Source: a virus | Length of the DNA: 64,000 nt | Direction: 5' to 3' (one strand) | Virus record (IMG/VR): IMGVR_UViG_3300020171_000019 | Span: 1-64,000 of that record | Shown: positions 55,964-64,000 of the stretch, piece after piece | Layout: every line of letters starts with the position of its first letter | Position numbering within the stretch: the first letter of the stretch is position 1 | Position numbers and translations under genes: made by a program | The notes under the pieces: generated by a model | What the model was told of the DNA's origin: nothing | Database searches by the model: none | Seen by the model: only the letters and a program-made list of their open reading frames with translations

Positions 55964-58021
55964 ATGTCCCGATTGACAATTGATGTTCCAGGCGCTCCTC
56001 TTGATGCAGTTTGGCATATGGAGGTTGACAAGAACGGGGATGCTTGTTTGAGACTCACGACCGCACAAGGAGCAATTCCGACCACATCGGCACCTGCAAT
56101 ACGAAAGCCGGTCATGGCAGTAACAAGCGGTGGCACAACATGGGTGAATGGAACCAAGGGGATGCTGCCCGTGTTACCCATGGTGCATCCGCGCCTCACG
56201 AGCATCATCATTCTCTCCGGTGACAACCTGGACTGCCTGAATCCCTGCCTCACGAGCCTGCAACAGCAACAGACCGAAGATGCCCCGTTCGAGGTCATTA
56301 TTGTGAGCAATTCCAAACTGCCGAAAACCCTTGATGCAATGAGGGCTATGCAGTGGACATTCGACTGCTTGGTATGGCACAATACAGACCGGTTTTCATT
56401 CGCCGCCTTTAACAATCTCGCCGCGAAGAAGGCCAGAGGGGAGTATCTGCTATTTCTGAATGACGACACCAAGGCGACGCCGGGATGGTTGAGAGAGTTG
56501 CTTGTGCCGCTGGAGGCAAGTCCTGAAGTGGGAATAACCGGAGCCAGGCTATTGACGCCTGATGAAAAAATACAGCACTGTGGGATTGCGATCAATCAAC
56601 CAGGGGAACACTACTGCACCCATCCTTTCATGGGCCAGGTGAAAGACCTGCCGGCAGTGATGCATGACCGTGTGACCGATGCAGTAACGGGGGCATGTCT
56701 GTGTATCCGGCGATCCGTGTTTGACGAGCTGCACGGCTTCGATGAGCAATTTGAGCAAGCCTATTTTGAGGATACCGATCTGTGTCTACGCGCAAAAGAT
56801 GCAGGCCACAAAACGGTTTATGCTCACAAGGCCGTTGTCTATCATCATGGATCGGCTTCATTCGCCAAGGAGCGCACAACGTCGGAATACTTCACGGCAA
56901 ATATGGTGAAGTTCAAGAAGCGATGGGATACAAAAATATCGAACAACCTTTTCACGTTCACAACTCCGATGCACCGATTCCGACCGCGGAGGATGTTGCT
57001 CCGAGATGACTTCCTGAACACTGCGGGTGGTGGGGAGCGAACTGTCGGCACGTTGGCACGGGCGTATATGGGCAGGTATCAGACGTCGATACTGGCGCAG
57101 GGAGAATCTACGGTATTGAGAGATCGGATTGCCGAGAGGTTGGGTATTGATCTGTTCGCGGTGGACTTGGCTCAGGCTGTGCCGGATGAGCAACCAGATG
57201 TGTTTATGAATTGCGAGTGGGCATCCGACAAGCCGGGCATAGGTAGAGAGCGCAATCTGTTCTGGGTGATGTTTCCTCACGCGATCGGCAAGGGACAGGT
57301 TGCGATGTGGCTCAACTCCTATGACACATTGGTCGCCAATTCACAGTTTACTCAGGGTCATATCCGGGATCGGTGGGGGCGAGATAGTATCGTGATCTAT
57401 CCACCGGTTCGGTTGTTCGGATGTGACGACGTGACGAGGAAGACTCAGAGTATCGTGAGTATCGGGCGGTTCTTTCCGGCTGAGCACTCGAAGAAGCAGG
57501 ACGTGCTTGTTGAGGCGTTTCTTGGTTCTGATCTTCCTAAAGCCGGATGGGTGTTGCATTTGTGCGGCTCAGTCAAGACCGAGAATCCGCATCATATGAA
57601 ATACCTTGACGCGATCAAACAAAAGGCCGGGGATGCTCTTGATACAAGCGTCAAGTTCCATCTGAACTGCACGTCTGACGAGATCATGGGTATCACGAGG
57701 GAGGCAATCATATTCTGGCACGCGACAGGCTATGGGGAGAGCGATCCGGGCAGTTATGAGCACTTCGGGATTGCGACAGTAGAGGCAATGTCCGCAGGGT
57801 GCATTCCGGTCGTAATCAACCTCGGAGGACAACCGGAGATTGTGAAGGATGGCAAGACCGGTTTTCTGTGGAATACGCCTGCTGAGCTGATCGGCAGGAC
57901 AGAGGATATAGCGACACTGCCAGACGCGGAACGAATTGCGCTTGCAGAGGCGGCCATTTATCGGGCAGGGGCATTCAGTGAGGCGCGGTTTGTTGTCGAC
58001 CTGGAACAGCTCGGGATATAG
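55964..58021 (+). CDS. Bifunctional GT2-GT4 glycosyltransferase
   Basis: GT2: FAAFNN, YLLFLNDD, VTGACL, GFDE, FEDTDLCLR; GT4: GGGER, ANSQFT, IGRF...KKQ, EHFGIATVEAMSAG. Confidence 0.9.
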   Translation: MSRLTIDVPGAPLDAVWHMEVDKNGDACLRLTTAQGAIPTTSAPAIRKPVMAVTSGGTTWVNGTKGMLPVLPMVHPRLTSIIILSGDNLDCLNPCLTSLQQQQTEDAPFEVIIVSNSKLPKTLDAMRAMQWTFDCLVWHNTDRFSFAAFNNLAAKKARGEYLLFLNDDTKATPGWLRELLVPLEASPEVGITGARLLTPDEKIQHCGIAINQPGEHYCTHPFMGQVKDLPAVMHDRVTDAVTGACLCIRRSVFDELHGFDEQFEQAYFEDTDLCLRAKDAGHKTVYAHKAVVYHHGSASFAKERTTSEYFTANMVKFKKRWDTKISNNLFTFTTPMHRFRPRRMLLRDDFLNTAGGGERTVGTLARAYMGRYQTSILAQGESTVLRDRIAERLGIDLFAVDLAQAVPDEQPDVFMNCEWASDKPGIGRERNLFWVMFPHAIGKGQVAMWLNSYDTLVANSQFTQGHIRDRWGRDSIVIYPPVRLFGCDDVTRKTQSIVSIGRFFPAEHSKKQDVLVEAFLGSDLPKAGWVLHLCGSVKTENPHHMKYLDAIKQKAGDALDTSVKFHLNCTSDEIMGITREAIIFWHATGYGESDPGSYEHFGIATVEAMSAGCIPVVINLGGQPEIVKDGKTGFLWNTPAELIGRTEDIATLPDAERIALAEAAIYRAGAFSEARFVVDLEQLGI

Positions 58022-58031
58022 GAGGGCAGAC

Positions 58032-58517
58032 ATGGGACGCAGAGAAAACCTTGATTCAATCGTAACCGAGTGGGCTCCTCGTGTGCGGGTGCCAATTGGG
58101 GTTAAGGCAGTGCCCTTGCTCAAGGCAATTCTCATGAGGGAATCTGCTTATGGGACACTGACCGAACCACGACGAGAACGGGCCTATTGTCCGGGTGGGC
58201 GATACTACAACGAAGAGCAGCGGGAGCGGTATGTCAAGTTCGGGGTAGCGGCTGCTATGAGCTACTCGGCGTTTCAAATCATGTTCCCGTTGGCCTGTGA
58301 ACTTGGATACAAGGGGATACCATCCATTCTGGGGCAGGATAGGGAGGCAGTACGGTGGGTGGTAGAGTACCTGAATGACCGGATATTCGGCAGGCAACAC
58401 GCGCAGACAGTCCTGGAGATAGCTGACGCGTACAATTCCGGAAATTGCCGGGACAGGTTTAAGCCATTGCCGTATATGCAAGCGGTGAGCAGGTTCTACA
58501 AGCAGTTTGACGTTTGA
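58032..58517 (+). CDS. Lytic transglycosylase (SLT-like), candidate endolysin
   Basis: LLKAILMRES, SYSAFQIM...A.ELG, AYNSG, YM..V. Confidence 0.75.
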   Translation: MGRRENLDSIVTEWAPRVRVPIGVKAVPLLKAILMRESAYGTLTEPRRERAYCPGGRYYNEEQRERYVKFGVAAAMSYSAFQIMFPLACELGYKGIPSILGQDREAVRWVVEYLNDRIFGRQHAQTVLEIADAYNSGNCRDRFKPLPYMQAVSRFYKQFDV

Positions 58518-58550
58518 CGTTTGAGGAACAGGAGGTTGACATGGAGGACA

Positions 58551-58733
58551 TTACCGATGGCATCGTGGGGGCAGATCAAGAACCAGGCGGAAGCGATGGA
58601 GCAATTGCTGCGCTTGAGGGCCGAACTTCGAGACGCAGAACGCGACTACAACGAGGCAATCAACTCGGACCTGAAGGAACAGGCCCGACTGAAAATCCAA
58701 CACCTGAAGGGAGAGATTCAGGGGATCAGGTAA
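58551..58733 (+). CDS. Small coiled-coil hypothetical protein (frame and start uncertain)
   Basis: Heptad-rich ORF EAMEQLLRLRAELRDAE...; an overlapping alternative frame exists. Confidence 0.35.
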   Translation, partial: LPMASWGQIKNQAEAMEQLLRLRAELRDAERDYNEAINSDLKEQARLKIQHLKGEIQGIR

Positions 58734-58794
58734 CATCACGAGAAGCGGCTCTTGCACGGCTTCTAAGCAATACCACCGATCCGGGGAGAAGGAA

Positions 58795-59310
58795 ATGCTT
58801 GCAACGAGAGATCGACACGCTGGGATAGGTTACGCGGCAGTCTTGACTCTGTTCTGGGTCTTAGTTGGATGCGGGCAAGACGAAACGTTCGACTATGCAC
58901 CTGAACACAGACTGGTAAGCGTTAGGATGAACGCAACAGACATCCGAGACCGGGTTGTCAAGTACTACAACTTCGAGTTTGGCTTATCTTCTGATGAGCA
59001 ACCGCAGGTAAGCGCCTACGACATTTCGTTCTCCGCCTCATTCCCCACAGGGGACACACTGAAAGTGCGACAATCCGGAGCAACATCACTACATCAATCA
59101 AGCGCAACAACGCTGTCAGGCATCAAGGATATTCCACCTGCAATTACCCATGCAGAAATCCTTCGCGGCCAAGAAGCGTTTTTTGTTGTACACACTACAT
59201 GGAAACGGATAGTTAAGTGCCGGATTCGCCATGCCAATCTGCAAGACAAACCGATTGTCCTGGAATATGAACTCTATCGCGATCCAACGCCTGACCTGAC
59301 CCTCAACTGA
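58795..59310 (+). CDS. Putative lipoprotein
   Basis: Hydrophobic segment followed by lipobox LVGC. Confidence 0.65.
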   Translation: MLATRDRHAGIGYAAVLTLFWVLVGCGQDETFDYAPEHRLVSVRMNATDIRDRVVKYYNFEFGLSSDEQPQVSAYDISFSASFPTGDTLKVRQSGATSLHQSSATTLSGIKDIPPAITHAEILRGQEAFFVVHTTWKRIVKCRIRHANLQDKPIVLEYELYRDPTPDLTLN

Positions 59311-59452
59311 GAGAGGAGCAAATTGTGATCAATAGATCGTCTCTATGCTTCGCAGTGAATCTATGCATTCAGGTTGTGTGCATTCTGATAGGATTCTGTC
59401 TATTACTGACAGTGCTGTCCGAGGTGCAATTCACGATGAGGAGCATTAACTG

Positions 59453-60094
59453 ATGTTTTATCGACCAATAGTAAACTCAATGTATGTCAACCCAGAAATG
59501 GGCACCGTAAACTCTGTAGAGGCACTCTATCGCTATCCGCAAACATTCGCACTTGCGCGAAGATACTGGCCATTTTCTGTTGACTGCGTGCTCGACATTG
59601 GAGATGAAACGGTTGCAGCAACTTATATGCGCAAGGCGTTTAGACTGCCGGTCTTGAGTACGCATGGCGATTTGGATAGTGATGCAATATGGCCATGTGG
59701 TCATTTCATGGTAGTATTTTGCATGGAAGTCCTGGAGCATATATGGAACCCGTTGTCCCTATTGCGCCGAATCAAAGACACGCTGAGCGATGATGGCATC
59801 CTATTACTGACTACACCCTCCGGTTTCCAGATGGATTGGGGGCCAGCACATACAGTTGAGCATGCATATGACAGATTACTGCAACTCATACATAAATCAG
59901 GTTTTATAGTAATAGAGGCAGTCGACATCAAAATACCTGTATGGTGGGGGTTATGGCATAAACGCTACGGCATTCGGCCTGCTATACGATGGGTGATCCG
60001 AAAGTTGTTCTTTGGGCCTACGCATCAACTTGGATCTACAAGAGCGTATCTACTCAAAAAAAGGAGCATAACATGCGAGTCTGCGCATACCTGA
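59453..60094 (+). CDS. Class I SAM methyltransferase
   Basis: VLDIG, EVLEHIWNP, DGILLLTTP. Confidence 0.8.
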   Translation: MFYRPIVNSMYVNPEMGTVNSVEALYRYPQTFALARRYWPFSVDCVLDIGDETVAATYMRKAFRLPVLSTHGDLDSDAIWPCGHFMVVFCMEVLEHIWNPLSLLRRIKDTLSDDGILLLTTPSGFQMDWGPAHTVEHAYDRLLQLIHKSGFIVIEAVDIKIPVWWGLWHKRYGIRPAIRWVIRKLFFGPTHQLGSTRAYLLKKRSITCESAHT

Positions 60095-60360
60095 TAGTCC
60101 GCAGAGATCGACGCGCTGGGATAGGCTGTGTGGCGGTCTTGACTCTGCTCTGGGTTTGGGCCGGATGTGGGCAAGACGAACCTTTCGATTTTACTGCACC
60201 GGCCATCACGTCTGTCACAGGGGACACATTGGTAGTGCGACAAGTCGGAGCAACATCAATGTATCAATCGCGTGCAACAACACCGGCAGGCATCATTGTG
60301 CACGCTACACGGAAACGGATAGTCAAGCACCGGGTTGCGCCACATCAATCCCACTTTTGA
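60073..60360 (+). pseudogene. Chimeric ORF: first 10 codons of the downstream GT fused to an internally deleted copy of lipoprotein 58795..59310
   Basis: MRVCAYLIVR followed by RDR.AGIG...VLTL.WV..GCGQDE.FD, TGDTL.VRQ.GATS..QS.ATT and VH.T.KRIVK. Confidence 0.75.
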
Positions 60361-60384
60361 CCTGAACCGAGAGAGGAGCACCGT

Positions 60385-61296
60385 ATGCGAGTCTGCGCAT
60401 ACCTGATAGTCCGCAATGAGGCGGTATTGCTGCCGTATGCACTGAAGTCAATCGAATCCGTCTGTGACGAAATCTTCGTGGTGGACAATGGGTCTACGGA
60501 CGGAACTCCGGAGATTGCCAAGGCCACGTCTGACAAGGTGCGGCTTTTGTATGTGCCCGGCAAGAACGGCGGGGGTTTTGCCGACCCCGACACGCCGGAA
60601 GATATGCTGCGCAACATCGGACTGAACGCCTGTAAGGGAGGCGGGGCGGATGTCATTCTCCGATGGGACGCGGACGAAATTCTCTACGAGGGTCAGGAGG
60701 AACGAATACGAACACTGATCGAGGAGCGAAGTTACGGTGGATGGTGGTTCTGCTGTCACAGGTTTGTTGGCAGCCTGGATTGGGTGCAAGACCTACGATG
60801 GGGCGAGCCTGGGTGCAGTGAGTTGCACAAGACGATTGCGGTGGATAGGTGGGGTAGGCAGGCGTTGCATGGGAAGATCGTCTTGCTGCGGAATCACCCC
60901 AGGCTCAAATACCTGCGCAACTCGCACTACATAGGACTTCACTCCTCGGAGTACGAGACCGCGGAGCCACACCAATACCGGATATGCAATGACATCTGGT
61001 ATGCTCATCTGGAGTGGGCGCGATCGAACAAAAGGCTCTATGACAAGGCGATCCTCTACTATAACCTGATCGCCGATCCCAATGACTACGCGAGATCATG
61101 GGAGTTTCAGTCTCAGATTGACCCGGAACACACACTGAAGGAGCAACGGTTGAGACCATTCCATTCAGAACTGCCGGAAGCAATGAAAGGGCTGGTATTG
61201 CCTGTAGACCTGAAGACCGAGGAGTTCTGGGACGAACGATCGAAGATGGCACGACGGCGGATAGTAAAGCGCACCTGGAAAGGCGGGGACTGGTAG
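60385..61296 (+). CDS. Glycosyltransferase family 2
   Basis: LIVRNE, DEIFVVDNGSTDGT, RN, WDADE. Confidence 0.88.
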   Translation: MRVCAYLIVRNEAVLLPYALKSIESVCDEIFVVDNGSTDGTPEIAKATSDKVRLLYVPGKNGGGFADPDTPEDMLRNIGLNACKGGGADVILRWDADEILYEGQEERIRTLIEERSYGGWWFCCHRFVGSLDWVQDLRWGEPGCSELHKTIAVDRWGRQALHGKIVLLRNHPRLKYLRNSHYIGLHSSEYETAEPHQYRICNDIWYAHLEWARSNKRLYDKAILYYNLIADPNDYARSWEFQSQIDPEHTLKEQRLRPFHSELPEAMKGLVLPVDLKTEEFWDERSKMARRRIVKRTWKGGDW

Positions 61297-61297
61297 G

Positions 61298-61519
61298 GTG
61301 AGACGACCAGAGAACGAAGAAGGGGCATTTCATTGTCAGCGGAGAGAGTTGCCGACTGTTTCAATGACGGTCTCTTGGGAGTTATTCAAGCATGCCGATT
61401 TGCTGGCGGCGCGTCGCGGTGTGTCCCTGAGTAAGTTATTGCGGCAACTTCTGGAACAAGCACTGGACGAACAATCCCTTGACGACCATGAGAAGAGGAT
61501 GCATCCACCATGCGCATAG
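61298..61519 (+). CDS. Ribbon-helix-helix-like small DNA-binding protein
   Basis: VSMTVSWELFKHADLLAARRGVSLSKLLRQLLEQAL. Confidence 0.6.
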   Translation: MRRPENEEGAFHCQRRELPTVSMTVSWELFKHADLLAARRGVSLSKLLRQLLEQALDEQSLDDHEKRMHPPCA

Positions 61520-62466
61520 CCTCAGACGGCTTGTTTCAGTTTCCTCTCACATACGGCGATGTCCCGATTACTGATGAGTGGCGTAATGAAATCCTGTCAT
61601 ATGACATCATCCAGTGCTTGGACTACTACACATTCGGGGCCAATGCTTGCCGTGTAGGACATCGGCGGGTGGTGTGCTACGTCAATGAAAACGTCCCATT
61701 CAACTCCCAGTATGTCGGGCATGCTCTGGAAAATAAAGAGATCATCCAGAAACACGCCGTGCGGCTCGTGGCAACATCCCGGTCGGTGGTGGACTGCCTG
61801 ATGATCGAGGGAGTGCCAGCAGGAAAAATCATAGACTGTCCAATATGGACGACCCCGGCGTGTTTCAAGCCGACTTTTACGCCGACTGATGAAGAGAAGC
61901 GCATTGCTCTGCGCCGGTCTCTTGACTTACCAGACAGGCCGATGGTGCTCTATGTGGGACGACTGAGCTGGGCGAAGGGGTTGAAGATTGCTGAGGATGC
62001 GATTCGAGGGCTTGATGTGACATGGCTCCTGATTGGGGCACAAGAGAGTTACAATCCTCCCGACTGGTCTTGTTGGATTCAGCATTTGAGCACGCCGGAG
62101 GAGCTGATACCGTATTACATGGCCGCTGATGTTCTTATCCTCCCGTCCTTACCGACACCGGGATGGATTGAGCAATACGGGCGGGTGCTTGTAGAGGCTC
62201 AGGCTTGTGGCTGTCCTGTAATCTCAACAGACATGGGAGGGCCGAGAGACTTGGTTGTCAATAACGAAACGGGATTTCTTGTTCCGCCAGGGAATCCGGC
62301 CAGCTTGAGAGGAGCTATCTCGCGGGTTGTCGGAGATGGATTCCTGCGCGATCGGCTACGGAGAACAGCACTGAGCAGATATAAGCGAAAGTTTGCGACG
62401 AAGAAGATTGAGAAGCGACTGCAACACGTCTACGATCAGGTGACGGGGATTGAACCTACTTGGTAA
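61510..62466 (+). CDS. Glycosyltransferase family 4
   Basis: LYVGRL..AKG, ADVLILPS, EQYGRVLVEAQACG.PVI. Confidence 0.88.
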   Translation: MRIASDGLFQFPLTYGDVPITDEWRNEILSYDIIQCLDYYTFGANACRVGHRRVVCYVNENVPFNSQYVGHALENKEIIQKHAVRLVATSRSVVDCLMIEGVPAGKIIDCPIWTTPACFKPTFTPTDEEKRIALRRSLDLPDRPMVLYVGRLSWAKGLKIAEDAIRGLDVTWLLIGAQESYNPPDWSCWIQHLSTPEELIPYYMAADVLILPSLPTPGWIEQYGRVLVEAQACGCPVISTDMGGPRDLVVNNETGFLVPPGNPASLRGAISRVVGDGFLRDRLRRTALSRYKRKFATKKIEKRLQHVYDQVTGIEPTW

Positions 62467-62830
62467 TATCCTGCTTAGCGGACTGTGTTTGCAATTTCCA
62501 CTTATATCCCTCTATCTTTTCTGTTTTGACCTCCTTGGTTTCCGTTATGATGATTGGCTCTTGTTCGATCCGGTAGACCTTGCTTTTTGCTATATCTACA
62601 ACCAATGCTTCACTGTTCTGCAAGTCGGTTCCGCTGAGGTATAATTCCAGCTCTTTTCGGTTTTCGATGAGGATTGCCTTCTTGGTAGACAATGCTTTCC
62701 CTGCTCCGTACTCCCAAAGATAGTCTTCCTCCAACCAAGAAGATCGCGGAAGCAAGTTACCACTCAGCGGGATGTATTGAGTGGGTTGACAATTGGACAG
62801 GGTAAGCAATACAATAAAGAGGAAATCCAT
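62456..62830 (-). CDS. Hypothetical exported or membrane protein
   Basis: SD AAGGAG on the - strand; hydrophobic N-terminus. Confidence 0.5.
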   Translation of the reverse strand: MDFLFIVLLTLSNCQPTQYIPLSGNLLPRSSWLEEDYLWEYGAGKALSTKKAILIENRKELELYLSGTDLQNSEALVVDIAKSKVYRIEQEPIIITETKEVKTEKIEGYKWKLQTQSAKQDITK

Positions 62831-63051
62831 GTCAAGCTCCTTTCAATTTGTTGTGGCGTCGGATGGCAGGTAATGTTCTGGAGGCAAGGGCCGATCCTCG
62901 ACCCGGATCTCCCGATTGAGACGCGCAAAGGGCGACTTAGGGACTTGCCTGCTGCCAGCATTTTCCACGTTTGTCGCCACTACCCCGATGACTCGCAGTC
63001 TCAACGTAGCACCCCTGATACGTCTCGATGTTCACCGGGATAGCGGCAATA

Positions 63052-63399
63052 TCACGCATGTTGGATCAGTATCTTTCGAGCGATTGCAGTCATACTCATG
63101 CCGGGAACTGATTGTGCTTCGAGTTTGGCTATGGTCTGCTTAGGGACGGGCACCTTCAGAATGTGTTGTCCTGTTGGTTTTCTCCCTCGCGTGAGTCTGA
63201 TCCCCAAAACTTCTGGCATTGCTATCTCTCGACCAGCCTTAGCGCACACGTCAGCCAACGGAATCAACCATCGTCGGGTTTTGGAACTGAAGACTGCACC
63301 GGGAAATTTACCCGCATTGACCCAGTTGTATGCTGTCTGATATGTCACCCCGAGGAGTTTGCCTGCCTCTCGCGGGTTAAGCCAACTACTTGTATCCAT
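63052..63399 (-). CDS. HTH_17 DNA-binding protein with RHH-like C-terminus
   Basis: WLNPREAGKLLGVTYQTAYNWVNAGKFPG...WLIP; LKVPVPKQTIAKLE...SMTAIARKIL. Confidence 0.75.
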   Translation of the reverse strand: MDTSSWLNPREAGKLLGVTYQTAYNWVNAGKFPGAVFSSKTRRWLIPLADVCAKAGREIAMPEVLGIRLTRGRKPTGQHILKVPVPKQTIAKLEAQSVPGMSMTAIARKILIQHA

Positions 63400-63433
63400 G
63401 AACTTCGCCTTCCTTCCCCTGTGTCCGTATCTC

Positions 63434-63525
63434 AATATATTACTAATTGGCTTGATTGTCAAGGCATTTCTATTGGACATCCACCGAAGAAAAAGCTTGA
63501 CACTATGCACGTATGGTATTATATT
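63434..63525. promoter_or_regulatory. Divergent promoter pair
   Basis: - strand TTGACA(63462-63457)-N17-TATATT(63439-63434); + strand TTGACA(63497-63502)-N17-TATATT(63520-63525). Confidence 0.8.
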
Positions 63526-63545
63526 GTATGTATTGACAGGAGGTA

Positions 63546-64000
63546 ATGATGGTTGCGTCACGAAACATCATAAGAGCTCCAGGTGGTGGATATCTGGTTT
63601 CGTTCCCCTACTCTGCTGATGTAGTGCAGGCGGTTCGAGAGATACCGGGACGTAAGTTTGTCCCTGCCAGTAAAACCTGGCACATACCGGATACGGCGGC
63701 GGCTATGACTCTGTTGCCAATTTTTGCGGTAACGCATAAATTTATGGCAGAGGACGGGATTCTTCAAGAAGCGGCACGGATAACGACTCAGGCCAGTAAT
63801 CTCCTGACTGCATCAACAGGGACGGAGGCAGAGATTGACATACCGGGACTGAGGCGAGCCTTGTATCCGTTTCAGAAGGCCGGAGTTGCCTATGCAGTAA
63901 TGGTCAAGCGGTGCCTTATTGCAGATGAGCCAGGACTTGGCAAGACGATTCAGGCTCTTGCAACAATCGAACACCTGAATGCCTATCCTGCATTGGTGAT
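63546..64000 (+). CDS. HARP-domain SNF2-family helicase, truncated by the window end and absent from the ORF track
   Basis: Manual translation: VSFPYSADVVQAVREIPGRKF.PASKTW (HARP-like), LYPFQKAGV, LIADEPGLGKTIQAL; SD AGGAGG. Confidence 0.88.
   Translation, partial: MMVASRNIIRAPGGGYLVSFPYSADVVQAVREIPGRKFVPASKTWHIPDTAAAMTLLPIFAVTHKFMAEDGILQEAARITTQASNLLTASTGTEAEIDIPGLRRALYPFQKAGVAYAVMVKRCLIADEPGLGKTIQALATIEHLNAYPALV

Noticed and set aside
1-64000. CRISPR array
   Set aside because: No regularly spaced repeat-spacer series was seen; the repeats found occur as pairs.
1-64000. Second DGR target (additional VR)
   Set aside because: No other TR-like sequence was noticed at gene ends by eye. A BLASTN of the TR against the whole genome is needed to exclude one.
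1-64000. Alternative genetic code or stop-codon reassignment
   Set aside because: Core genes are full length in the standard code and end in TAA, TAG and TGA.
1-64000. Integrase, att sites or host flanks proving a prophage
   Set aside because: None were seen in this window, so lifestyle cannot be determined. The HTH_17 proteins alone do not show excision function.

Overview
This window is a continuous ~64 kb stretch of a tailed dsDNA phage or prophage, almost all on the + strand. It looks siphovirus-like: tube protein, frameshifted tail chaperones and tape measure are present, and no sheath gene was seen. The host is probably Gram-negative, since the phage encodes a Pal homologue and lipoproteins. 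Gene order: (1) 1-13 kb, small accessory genes including a DnaN clamp, DUF3310-like, MazG-like, phosphoesterase, nucleotidyltransferase and HNH genes, plus an unusual ~180-nt tRNA-like RNA; (2) ParB-like gene, C5-methyltransferase, TerS and TerL; (3) portal, intein-containing MuF, protease/scaffold, two decoration paralogues and the major capsid protein; (4) fibre-like genes, three with Sec-type signal peptides, the last being the target of a compact diversity-generating retroelement (VR-TR-RT, no recognisable avd); (5) holin-like, neck and tail genes; (6) a glycosyltransferase/methyltransferase/radical-SAM cluster, two alpha/alpha-barrel proteins and Pal embedded in and after the tail module; (7) divergent promoters and a HARP-SNF2 helicase cut by the window end. 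Two unrelated tnpB-only IS200/IS605 elements share an identical 41-bp end. Eight CTTGACA-N17/18-TAT(A/C)TT promoters were found, and three are followed by terminator-like leaders. Several single-gene cassettes are flanked by direct repeats. The best candidates for new biology are the apparently secreted, DGR-diversified fibre module, the pseudoknotted tRNA-like RNA, and the tail-embedded glycosylation/Pal module. All product calls come from motif recognition by eye; no database search was run.
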